Assembly: GCF_964204645.1 (NCBI RefSeq)
Contig: NC_134029.1
Location: 8,210,850-8,274,849, forward strand
From: Tubulanus polymorphus
Taxonomy: Eukaryota > Animalia > Nemertea
DNA length: 64,000 bases
Reading direction: 5' to 3'
The notes under the pieces are model-generated. The model did no database searches. It was given only the letters and a program-made list of their open reading frames with translations, and was not told the DNA's origin. Below are positions 50,819 through 63,280 of this stretch, one piece after another. Made by a program: the position numbers and the translations under genes. Each line of letters opens with the position of its first letter. The first letter of the stretch is position 1.

Positions 50819-53800
50819 GTGAGTATATATTAGCTGTGTATGTTTTATTGCAATAGATTTTGAAGACCGAACCACTGCTTGCAATGGGTCAATAAGCTTG
50901 CTTGTGAGGACCCATCATTAAGTAATGATAGTTTCTTTCCATAGTAAATTACAATGTGTCATAAAAAAGAATGCAAAATATGAAATATTCTAATATAATG
51001 GAGGAGATAAGATGAAGCCAACAAAAAACGAATGTGGCGAAATAAACAATTTTTGCCAATGAGGTATAACTGGCACTGTGCCAATTGTCCCACTTTCATC
51101 ACAAGTCATATATCTGGGTTATTCTTAGATTTGTCAGTTCAATTTCTTCTTCCAATTTCCACTCTCAATCAACTTGCTTCGCGGCTCGTTCATCTATCAA
51201 AGTATCCTTGAAGAATTTCATTAAGATAAGGGAGTGAAAGATCAGTTGATAGAATGACAGACTCTCTAGAGACCGTCGTCCCAAACGTCGTGTCTTTTGA
51301 TTTTAATATTTTTGATACATTCTACTGGAATACATTGTTTCCCCGCCCGTATATAGCTTGACTTGTACAAGCTAATGCTAAGCGGTAAGGGAAATGGATC
51401 ACTTTGATTACTGATCATTCAGAAAACAGCATCTCATAGTCCTAGGATCAGCTAGAAACTTCCAGTTCCAAAGTTTAATTCGACTGTAGATTTATAGTGA
51501 GTTTTTACGATATAATTGAACTAGCGACTATAATTCTTCTGGATCCGGGACTTTTACGATAGGGTGAAGCTCGTGTAGAGAAATTCAGATCGACAGCAAG
51601 TTTTGGTTTGCGATCTCCTCCAGCCTAGCATGGGATCTTCACAGTTGCTGTCAAGCAGAGCGAAACAACCTTGAGTGCCCTTGTGATTGATGAGAAATGA
51701 ATGAAGCGAGTGTCCTGAGCCGCACCAATAATAATTTGCTATATACACGTGCGGTACTATAAGGAAATCTTAGCTCGCCAGAAATGTGAGCCTATTGGCC
51801 ACTAAAGGATGATGTTGGCAATTTTCAAGGGTTTGACTATGGCAATGCATAGGAATCTATCTACAATGTACACGGATTAGAGTGTTTTATTCGACTACCA
51901 TGCATATGAATGTTTTGCAGTGGTCACACTACTGTGGCTAGGATATAAGCCCCTTGTTTTAGACCTAAAATCTTTGCAGTAATCTATTATATTAACTCAA
52001 ATCATTTCACTTGCCTTAGAATATTCATTGATTTCATTGATGTCCATCCACAATATCCATTGATGTATTCTTTATATTTGATATTAGAGGTTCGATGTCA
52101 GACATGTAACGCAATATTTCCTTGCTAAAACCATCCGATCCCTGTTTTAATCTTTTAAAATTTTCTCTTTTGATATGAGGGGTTAGATGCCGGTAATGTA
52201 ACTAAACATAGAACGTTCGTATTTGAGATGAAATATCAGATAACATGGTAATAAAATGGGTTTTTGATGTACATGTCATTTCGTAGTCGTCATGCTGTTT
52301 AATAATGACGCTTTGAAATATATTTTTAGACATGATTAGATAGTGACCTTTTTATCTGCGGGCAAAACAAAAACAACCTTTGCCAAATATACAAGATTGC
52401 GGTTATGGAAATGGTTCATCATATATATCAAACATGGCCATGCCAACTTTGCCCAAAGAGAACAAGAAAATTAACTTTAATAAATTATTTGACGCCTGCG
52501 AAAAAATGTAGAATTTCTGGTATAAGCTAATGTGGAATTGCAAATTTGAAATCGAAGTTTTAAGAAATTTCGGGAATTATGAGATTTGGCTACCGTAATT
52601 CTTAGCTGCAATCACACAAACATTTTGGCCCGGGCTAAATTTGGCCAGTGCCAATGAACACGGTTCACACAGGTGCCAAATGCCTGTCTGGCTGGGGCCA
52701 AATTTTAGCACGGATCAAATTATCGTGCATGAATTGGTTCGTAAAGTGACTCACTTCACTTTGTTTCAGAATTATTAAGTTATCGAGTGAGTGGTTTATG
52801 TGTGAATAGGCTCTCTAATTAGGTACGGGCCAAATTTGTCTCAGGCCAGGTCCGAGCCAAATTGCCTCCGTGTAATACCGGCTTTTTAGGCCCCTACCCC
52901 CATTCAAACCACTCTTAACATCATAAGACCTCTAGATCTCTGGCTGGAAGGCTCATGTTTGGCCCTGCCATCATGTGTGAGTGAAAAAAAAGAATAAATG
53001 GGATGAGCGCTACGGGTTTAATAGCTATAAAAATCCAACTACCGGAGACGTAAAGCGCTAACTATTGAAGCTCATGCAGATTCACGTCTGTTTATTTGAT
53101 GTACTCGACGTGCCCAGAGGTGGAATTAAGTCATCGCGCGACACGACGTAGTAAATCAAATTTCACAACATATTAGTATAACCACCATCAACAGATTTGA
53201 TTTACGTAAAATTCATCGGCCAATCCGCGAGCACGTGATTAGAAGGCAAAAATTCGATTTACGGGGTAAATTTGTTTCGTAGCTGACGGATGATGATGTT
53301 TTGATAGATATTCTCTTTATGCGGGATCGATTCCGACACGACCCTCCCTTATGGAACGCCATCCTTGATCGTGTTTGAACCATCTATTTACGATTCATAA
53401 CCAACTCGCGATCTTACAAAAACCACGTCTACGCTAGTTCATTGAACCCGGGTTCGATGAAAACCCGCATTTGCAGCAAGTAGCGTCTACATTTAATGCA
53501 GTTTCTGTAGTAAGAATCCACATCTGGTCAATTGCAGCGCCTGAACGAAAATTCTTTTTGCAAATTGTCAAGGTCACATTTATTTACATTTACATTTGGC
53601 TACCAGGGGTACCGGATACATGAAAAAGAGACGATTTCAGATTAAATTATCAAACGAAAAAAGTTTTTTAATCAAGGTGTGTTGCAGATATGTAGCCAGT
53701 AGAATGATGCGTCCCTTGGCAAAGTTTCAAGGTCATACGATTCTACCCCGCAGCAACAAAACTCATATATGAATGATTACAATGATGTCACTGACGACGA

Positions 53801-54132
53801 TATTGGAAATTTGAGAATTGTGAAGATGTGCTGCATATTTAAAGAGGTCCATGGCTTCCAGGGGGGACGGTGTATTGCAGACTAGTTTTAATCATGCCAT
53901 TATTACAGACGTCATACAGTCAGATGGGGCTGGCTGACAAAATCAGAGATGCTTTTCTCAATAGAATTTACAACTTACTAAATAGTTAAATGAACAGCAT
54001 ATCTGAAACTATGAAAATTTGCACCTCAACTCCACCAGTCTTAAGTCTAAGCCATGACTATGCAACTGGCCTCTGGTATGTGATGAAGGCATGAATACAA
54101 AAGATTCGACACTAACTGTTGAAAAATGCATG

Positions 54133-54556
54133 AGCCGCGTTCACACTAGATTCAGCGCTTATGAAGTACCATACTTCACTGGTACCAAATTCACCAAAAA
54201 TACGGCGCTTACAGAGCCAGTTACATTCACACTACGAGTCGCGATTCGGCACTTAGTAAGCCCAGTATAGTAGTCACCCAGTGTGCCAATAGATGGGAGT
54301 GTAATTAGTGCTAAGTGTTTTGTACTACGAGGATGGGAATACATGGCTACCTGAGCGCTGAATCTGTGTTCACACTACAGAAATTACGCGGCCAGCTCAG
54401 CGGCATACTGAGATCGAGTTTTCGGCGTGGAATCGCATTCCGCGCTTAATAAGCCGTGTATTTCTGTACAGAACTGAATAAGCCGCGAATAGGCCTCGAA
54501 TAATTCCCAAGTGTGAACACTTAGCACCGTACTGAAATCCTAGGGTGAACGCAGCT
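54133..54556. mobile_element. Harbinger-like MITE (AGCCGCGTTCACACTAG termini)
   Basis: AGCCGCGTTCACACTAGA..CCTAGGGTGAACGCAGCT, with internal TTCACACTA repeats. Confidence 0.65.
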
Positions 54557-57500
54557 ATAGTTACAGATAAACACAAGAACTTATTTTGTTACATTGTTAG
54601 TTGATTGTGAATACGTTGTCAAGATACAATACAGCCTTTTTTTGCGAGGATGACATTCCATACCCCCTCAGTGCCTCCACCGAACGATTCACAGCGATTC
54701 GCATGCGCGATACTTTTCATCCGGAGTTTCGAAATCGGCGTCATTGCGTATGCATCGGTCGATCAATCCCCGATCCCCGAACCCTGTCCGAATTCAGTTA
54801 TGATACGTTGTCTTTTTCGGTGTGTGATATCAACGCGATATTACGTGGAACAAAAGTCCTACTACACGTCCTCCAGGGTATATTGCACAGCTCATTATAT
54901 GATGTTAAAACTCGTAGTTGGGTCCGAAAAATATCCGAAAATATGGCTTTACTGATTACAGTTAGAATTTATTATAAACGTGAATATTTTTCCTCAGGTG
55001 ACCACTGATCACTGACAAACAAATTAGGGAAACTTCAAATTTGGGGAATTTGACAAATTTTGCCAAAAAAAAACCTCGGAAAACTTAGGGAATTCAGATC
55101 ATGTTATTGACCATGTGCTTCTTTATCTACACGTGGTTCGATGAAAAATTAATGAATTTCAACATTTTCGATCTAGAAATTTCTCTCGATTCACTCGATT
55201 TTGTGTAATTGCAAAGAAAATCTAGCGAAAACTCGGGCGATTTATAAATGGGTGGAAAGTGGCCACCCTGCTGGAACCCGCAAGGCACTATTCTAAAACT
55301 GTTCTTTCCGATGCTGTTTTCTTGTTGTCGAAACTAAAGATAAATGACTGAAACTCAAGAATTATTCCTATCGATTCACTTTCAAGTCATTGATTGATCT
55401 CGGTTGTGAATGATTCTTGTCGACTGCGATATATAAATACATTCGAGTTCATTCGTCTCCTGTATCAGAAGAACGACGCGCGGGATGACTAATATTTCGC
55501 GTATTAGTCCCTTCGAGAACCGAAAAGGGAACTTTGCGATTTTTCGCTCGGCCGAGATCGACGAAAGATCTACAGGATTATCTTGACGAAAATCTAGCGT
55601 AAAACTATGTACGCACGTGTCTGGCCATTGCTCTTCCCTGTCTTTCATTACCCCGATGGGAACGGTGTACGGCAAAATGGAAATCGATTCTACTACATGC
55701 TTTATAGAATAGCCCATCTGCGCCGTGGCTTAAAAGTTAATCGCTCGATTTTATAGACTCCGAGACTATGAAAAAAAAAATGTTTGAGCAACGTAGGACT
55801 TATTTTATATAGCGGCACCCTCATAAAGAACAGTTTAAGAGAGGTACTTTAAGTACTTATATCACAAAGGACATTAAAATGAGGCTGTCTGTACATAGGC
55901 CTATGGTCTTCTTTGATGGTAAATGATGATGTAATATGATAATTTAGTTTCCCTGACAGGAGCATTTTTGGCCCGCCCAAAAACGTCGCAACAGGTCCGA
56001 GCCAAATTTTAGCACGAGACAAATGGGTGCAGTTGAATTGCAACTGGTACCAGAAATGACCCATTTCGCTATGTTTGAGCATTGTTTAGTATCGAGTGAG
56101 TGGTTTGCACGTAAGTGCGCTCATTTATTAGGCATGGGCCAAATTTGGCTTGAGCCTGATCCGTGCCAATTTGGCCCGGGGTGAATCGTCTCCTTGTGAT
56201 CGCAGCTTGAGTTTAGTTTCGCTGACAGGAAATTTATATCTAATATAGTTAGTATCTGTCGAGTCATGTATCTGGACAAGCGTTCAATACTGCAGTTTAT
56301 TGACTTGATGCACCATTTGTCGGGGACATCATCGTGTGAAAGTGAAGACTGCAAAAAATCAAGTTAACGCTTGAATAAAAATGGCGTGTATATAAACATC
56401 ATCATCATCATCATCATCATCATGGACGAATGGGAGCCTCTTGAGGCCGATTGGTATCCGGCTCGTTTGGTGATTAATATCAGTTTAGGTGACAGGGTTG
56501 AAATAAATGTTTCTCTTGTAGCCATAGTTTGATTTGCATTTAGCCCATCTTAAAGATTGGCGTTGAATGTTCTTAAGATCAGTAGAATGGTTACCAAGTA
56601 AACATCTAACATTACATGACTAGTTTAATATTGATATCAATAATCTATCATTTCAAGTTTGGAAAGTATCTAGTTAGATACTCCTTACGAGAAATGCTAT
56701 TGTGGGGGCGAATTTAAAAAATCTGTATTATTTCCAATAGGAACAAAGTACACAATAAGATCACGCTGGGGAAGGACACTGGACAAGCCAAGTTGGCTAG
56801 CGTTGTGTAGTGCAACAGTCTTCACTGGTTTTGTTTTATGCATCATTCATCAATTCGAACCATACCAAATGTTTTTTCTCCGGCCTTTCTGGTGCCTTAA
56901 CCCACGATCACATAGAGACAATTTGGCCCAGACCAAATTGACATGGATCAGGCCCGAGTCAAATTTGGCCCATCCCTAATTAGAGAGCACATTTACATGT
57001 AAACCACTCACTCGGTAGAGAAGAATGTTTTTTCTTTCTTTACAAATAATCTGAATATCATCTTGTCATATCTAGGATTTTCCAAAAAGAAATGGTTATA
57101 TCAGTTAACGGAAGGTAAAACATCGAGCTCACTATACCGCAAACCCTTCGGCATTATCATATCATATAAACACACGATAGCACAAATATATTCAACTATT
57201 GTTGATAAATTATCGAGTTATTCCTTCATTTACTGCTTTGATTGAATTAATGCTTTCCTATCATGACTAACCATTCTCGGAAACTGCGTACAGTTACCAA
57301 AGTGACAGCACTGCATAAGGCCACAACTCGTGCGTATGCTCTATCCTCTGAAGTGTGATCTATTGACATGAATTATAATTACAGGTGCAGATCTAGAAAT
57401 ATTCTTTTTAACTGACCCAAAGCTATCGATTCCCTTCCCTTTCTACCTTATTGAGCTTTCACCATTAGTACGTAAGTGATCTTTTTCGGACACAAGCACC

Positions 57501-57923
57501 TCGACCAAATTTGTTTCCATAAAGATCTTCTTCCATTGCTTATTAGGGCTGTTAGGCCATTATGTACCTACTTGACATACAGTAAAAACTATATCTAAGC
57601 GACCCATGTCAAATTCTACGAGCTAGATGCTGGCTTCATTCAAATGGGTAATGTAAACCTCAGAGCATTTCACAATTTTTCCTGTGGTTTTATTTTGTCA
57701 CGTGAAATGCAAATTCAGGTGATAATCCCCCAGTTTATTGAAGTATTATCAAGTTTTTATCTAAGTTGATAGAAAACTGAATTTGGGGGGATTTTCACAA
57801 GTTCGGGATTATTACCTACATTCGCAAATTCAGCTAGTGTGTTCAGCGCTATGTGCTTAACCTTCACAGTGTATAGATGTTAAGAATTTTCTTTTATTGG
57901 AAACAATTTTCTACATTTTACAG

Positions 57924-58023
57924 AGGAACTATGCGGCAAATTCACTTTTGCGTCGCCGAGTTACTCGGTCCTGGAAAGCACCGGATTTTTGGAGGTCGAC
58001 ATTCTGTTCTACCGTAGCAAACC
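57924..58023 (+). CDS. NCX: NCX 100-nt exon (phase 1 to 2), start of Calx-beta domain CBD1: (E)[32 protein letters not shown](P)
   Basis: Acceptor ctacattttacAG, donor CC|GTGAGT. F-F----Y-V-E--G-L-V-I---R is the N-terminal Calx-beta signature. Phase matches the previous exon. Confidence 0.9.
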
Positions 58024-59348
58024 GTGAGTACAACAACAACAGCTTCTTGTTGCATTGTCGAAAACGCATATTGTTTTGTTTCCATGTTTCTTGTGGTAAT
58101 GGGAATATTGTCATTATTATCATCACCATCAGCATTTTCACTTTATCTTCGGAATGGATGAATTTGATGTTGTGATACTATACTATACTATACTATACGT
58201 TTGTTTCAATGATAATTATCATCCGCCAGCCACTTTTTTTGATTGTTGTAAATTCTGTTCACTCAGTGACAACACTTCTGCCTCTATTATTATCTATCAA
58301 CATGACTTGATACGCGTGGAATGTTAAGATACTATTTTTGTAATTAAAAAAATCAGGGCCGGCGGAAGTAAGTTGCCAAAGGCTCGAGGCATCACCCGCA
58401 AAAATTTCTAGATTTCATAATTATGATCAATATTTAGTCACAAACCCAATGAAATCTAAGGCATTTACCAAAGATTACCAAATAATTTACCAAATTGTTA
58501 TTACAACAGGTATCCTGATTCAGCCTTCCGAAAAAATCATCATCACCAAAATTATTAGCCCGGCCAAAGCTGCCCCGGCTCCACTGGCCCTTTTAATTGT
58601 CGTTGATCTACTAATTATCATGATTAGAATTTGATTTCATTAGTAATTAGATTCTCTACTAACTTTCTACTTCATATGCTGAAATTTACGTTCAATCCAT
58701 CTGTACATGATTTGCTAATATATATATACATATATAAATTATTATTATTCATTATCCATAGTTAATCACACCAGTGATCAGCTAGCTGTTTTCATCTTTT
58801 TCGGAATACATATTTCTCTTTGGCACAATTGAATTTGAGTATTTTTATCATCAAGCTTTTTAAGATATTGGACATGACTCCGAATGAACGAAACCCACAG
58901 TTGATGATTTTACAATTTATTTTCCGACAGTTTCACTTCATCATCAGAGAAACAACAACAACAAAAGAATATTTTCTTACGTTTCTGACGATGAATTTCA
59001 AAACTGTCAGAAAAATTCTAAATCATCAACTGTGTGATTTTGTTCATTATCTCTGAAACACTGTGATCAATTCCGTCTACGAGAACATGATTCTCTTAAC
59101 CTACTTGATGTACATAGAAATTTATATAGGGTTTAACAACCTAGAATTTTAGGAAGACCAATCGCTAAATTTCGATTAAACTTCAAACTGTATTGTTGAT
59201 GCTGGTGAATTATATGAATTGCACGCTGATTCGGAATGCCAAGCTTGGCCACCCATCGCCAATGCATCATCCATGCCAACGTTTGATAGAATGTATAATC
59301 CGACAATATTTTTTTGGGGTGTTTTTTATGTAACCTGTTTTTTTCCAG

Positions 59349-59384
59349 TGAGGCGACCGATGGCAGTTATTACCCCGGGATAAG
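59349..59384 (+). CDS. NCX: Candidate 36-nt symmetric NCX microexon (phase 2-2): (P)EATDGSYYPGI(R/S)
   Basis: Branch-like TAAC plus ctgtttttttccAG acceptor, AAG|GTAAAA donor, open in the required phase. No homology support. Confidence 0.55.
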
Positions 59385-59883
59385 GTAAAATATATATAAA
59401 CAAAGCCGGCCTTCTCAAAGGCTCACTCTTATTATCATATTGTGTTTTCTTACTTAAAAAAAACGATTCGTTGGGTTTTTCCTATATCTTTTAAGAAAAT
59501 CAAGATTTTGCATGATGACATTTTCAAATTTCAGCTTCTAGCTCTTCATTTACTACTTCAAAAAAATATACATATCATCATTATTACCATATGCGAACCA
59601 CCATGGCTTAATGAGGCCCATTGTCTTGAAAACCATAATGAGCTACAAGCTAAAAGAATATAAAAAAACCTTAATTCTATCTAAATTCATTTTTCCCATG
59701 AAATTATTCCAAATCATCTCCATTTTTATCTCCCATTTTTGAATCACCAGATGACATTCCTGAATAAGTCGAAATCTAGATGAATTGAAGACTGCAGTGA
59801 TTAGTAAAGCAACGTCACCGCGAGGAATGGTCATCGCTTTGGTTGCTTATTTTTGAGGAAATCTTGAGAGAAAAAAATGACAT

Positions 59884-60584
59884 CGAATTGAGATCCCGCA
59901 CTGATATAACGAGAAAGATGAATGGTACGATAACCACCATCAAACGTGGTGAACGGATAATAAGATATAAACCCACTATGTACAATTAAAAGAATTTAAA
60001 ATCGAGAATTTATTTCTAAAATGTAAAAACATGACGTTACATTTTAGAAATAAATTTTTGATTTTAAATTCTTTTAATTGTACATAGTGGGTCTTATCTT
60101 GAGATAGATGAAGTCCGAAAAGTTTCCCTTAACCCTTTCAGTGCGTCTACACGACATTGCGGTGTACGAATCAGTGATGGATTTTGCTAGTACACCGCAC
60201 TGCGGTGTATTGATTTGAATAGTAATTACTAATTATCTCTCTTGAAAGATGGCAGCACCTGTCAAACATAGTGAAATATTAGTAACAAACGATACACTGC
60301 ACCGTGGTGTAGACGCACTATAGTGCTATTCCCGTTATTCAATACACTAGGGTGGAATTTTTCAGAATTTTCAAATTATCTTCAGCACTATAGGGTATTA
60401 ATTAGCCAGCACTGAAAGGGTTAAGCTACTAATTAATTGATTCCATGTTTCGTCAATAGTCAAATGTCGAATCAATGAATTAGTAGCTTAGAGAAAACTT
60501 TTCGGACTTGATCTTTCCCGTTATATAAGTGCAGGGATTCTCAATTTGTCGTCAAAACATGGACATAGTGTTTCAGCAATTGTT
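59884..60584. mobile_element. Composite: tailed palindrome hosting a second tailed palindrome (59923-60100) and a piggyBac-like MITE
   Basis: Host arms 59886../..60546 re-pair once the two inserts are removed. Host TSD AAAAATGACAT; inner TSD GAGAWAGATGAA. Confidence 0.75.
60133..60420. mobile_element. piggyBac-like MITE (intact); further copies at 24825-25107, ~30950-31102, ~46379-46551
   Basis: Perfect TTAA duplication and 12-bp TIR. Confidence 0.92.
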
Positions 60585-61369
60585 AAAAATGACATGTTTC
60601 AACTTTTAGTCCAACGATTCATAGCTCATTCGAAAATGTATTCAATGTATATCAGAATCGTTATTTTCGCCCGCACGCCTCAATTATGCATGGTGGGTCT
60701 CGTATTACATCTAGATAGTTCGTCTTTAGAAACAGTATTCATTATTTGTCTCTGTCTTGGGTATCACCTTCACCAGTCACCACTATCCCCTGATCTTAAC
60801 GCTTATTGTTTGAACGTTTATCGCATGGAAACATTTTGTTTGTTGGTGCATCGATAGTAAAAGCTTTATCATCTAAAAAATAAAGAACTGAGCACATTTG
60901 ACGATATCTTTTTCCCATGCAGGTATTCAAACCTCTATGAATACACTGCCACCGTATATTAAGCCCTACAATAAAAGTTTGCAGGCCTAGCATTGAAAAT
61001 TTCTGATCAATTCTCAAAATCCGGATCCAATTTGATGGTGCTTATCTGAGCAAATAGGATAGGGTTTCAAGCAATATCAGAGTCTGTGGTTCGAATTCCT
61101 GCATGGGAACAACACATAATTTCATTCATATGTTATATGGTAACCAAAATACCAGAGTGACGATAAATTTTGAAAATCTCAACAAGAGTTGTGCTCTATG
61201 TTTCGAATGTTGCAACATTGTTAAATATAGCACATACCCTATTGGGGAAGCTTACCCTAGATGTTATGATACATCATTGAGATTATTTGGATTACTTAGC
61301 TTAAATAAGGGTATGTAAGATGTTACTGATTGGGATGTATAGGTGGGTTATATCGAAGAAGCTGATATT

Positions 61370-61490
<121 letters not shown>

Positions 61491-61988
61491 TATTTTTCAT
61501 ACACTGTGTTGTGACTTTTGCTGTGATATCATTGGTTCTGAAGTACGGGTAAACGCGATTTCATGTTTAAGAACATGTTTTTCTCAGTATCGGGAGTATT
61601 GACATGAGTGACTGGCTTGTGAACGAATATCGGTGGTGTTTTGTTAAGGCGCGTTCACACTTTCCACTATTACGACTGTTCCAAATGAAACCTGGAACCG
61701 TCCAAATTTGGAGCGGACAAAATCAGATAGCGCGTTAACATGCGCATTGCCGAATTGCCAAGATTGTCCCTGATTATTAAGACATCTGCGGTTTATCATA
61801 TTTCTGGAGACATCAATCTATGGTTAATTCTAGGACATTTTCAAAACAAGTTAAAGCAGATACTCCACAAGCAACACACGAAATAGACAGTTTTAAGATG
61901 GATAATATTTTGTTAACTTAAGCATTAATCTTTACACAATATAGGAATTATATGAAATCTGAAAAATATATCTTGATGACGAATTATT

Positions 61989-62308
61989 AGCCGCGATCAC
62001 ACAAGCAATTTTGGCAAGTGTTCACACTGGTGCCAAATGGGCCCGAACCTGTTTGGCCTGGACCAAATTTGGCCCAACCAAAAACGTCGGACCAGGCCCG
62101 AGCCAAATTATAGTACCAGACAAATGATTGCGTTTGAATTACAACTGGTACCGGAAATGATCCACTTCGCTTTGTTTGGGCATTGTTTAGTATCGAGTGA
62201 ATGGTTTGCATGTGAACGCGCTCTCTAATTAGGCACAGGCCAAATTATACCCGAGCCTGATCTGTGCCAATTTGGCCCGGGCCAAATCGTCTCCGTGTGA
62301 TCGCAGCT
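61989..62308. mobile_element. AGCCGCGATCACAC-family MITE (best-preserved copy; ~16 copies or fragments in the window)
   Basis: 14-bp TIR with ATT duplication. Other copies or fragments at ~8368-8601, 10290-10510, 22271-22530, 28485-28801, 32460-32540, 37478-38403, 47283-47500, 52604-52883, 55960-56207, 56899-57017. This copy sits inside a GCGCGTTCACAC-type element (~61648-62554). Confidence 0.9.
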
Positions 62309-63051
62309 ATTATAATTGAATTCATACTGCGGAGTATGAACCAGTTGGGACACACTTGGAACCAGCTTCTGTCCATACACACAAATTAAGTCCGTTCCAA
62401 AATTTGGAATGGACATGTATCAGTCTTTTAGGTCGGTCCAAATTGGAACAACAACCATTTTGGAATGGACTTGTGCTAGTGTGAACGCTTGTTCGATAGT
62501 TAATAGGAACGGACAAATTAAGACCGTGCTCAATAACTTAGTGTGAATGCACGTTTAGTGAGAACGTATTAAAGTTACCTCTTCATCCACAAGCCTTTCT
62601 TTGCATTTTTCCAAATATTTCCATGCTATTTGAAGGTATGGGATGGGAGTTGGATTATCTACAGACCTAGAACTGTGGTATGTACACACCATTTGAAATA
62701 GAAGTATTTTTCTTATCAGCCAATTAGGAATGCCGGTTTTCAATATCTGAGATGAAAATGTCGCCGGTTTTCAATATCTGAGATGAAAATGTCGACGGTA
62801 AAATTAACTGGCCCCTGGTAAAAAATGTAAGCCATCGATGACTACGGTTTAATTCTGTCTATACTTGTGATCTTGTGCGCTGTCAATTGGAAGCTTTATA
62901 CCTATTTGCAATGAATCTTCTCATTTAGAAATCAATTCAAAGCAGAAGTAATTTGAATCAATTTTAATTGGAAAGAATTTGACTACGATTCGAAAATGCA
63001 AGCTGTCATTGAATGATATTTTGAACACCTTGGGTCAGTTTTATAGACCAG

Positions 63052-63280
63052 TGTTACACTCGTAGAACAAAGGGTTCTTCGGAAGAACTTTTTGTTCTAC
63101 GAGTGTAACATCTGCCTCTGTGCGTGAACCTCTAAAGGTTCTTCAAAGAACCCGTTCAAGGGGGTTGAAAGGTTTCCTGAAGAACCCATTGCTCAGATAA
63201 AGGTTATTCGAAGAACCTTTCTTTGTGAAATGAAAGGTTCTTCGCAGAACATTGGGGTTCTACTAAGAACCTTTGGCTCT
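63052..63280. mobile_element. CACTC-terminus mini-MITE (63057-63105) plus related GAACC/GGTTC-rich sequence
   Basis: TA|CACTCGTAGAACAAAGGGTTCTTC-G-GAAGAACTTTTTGTTCTACGAGTG|TA hairpin. Confidence 0.6.

Noticed and set aside
58931-58988. Alternative NCX exon after tttccgacAG
   Set aside because: The required phase hits TGA after 18 codons with no credible donor; it could only be a terminal exon, for which there is no evidence.
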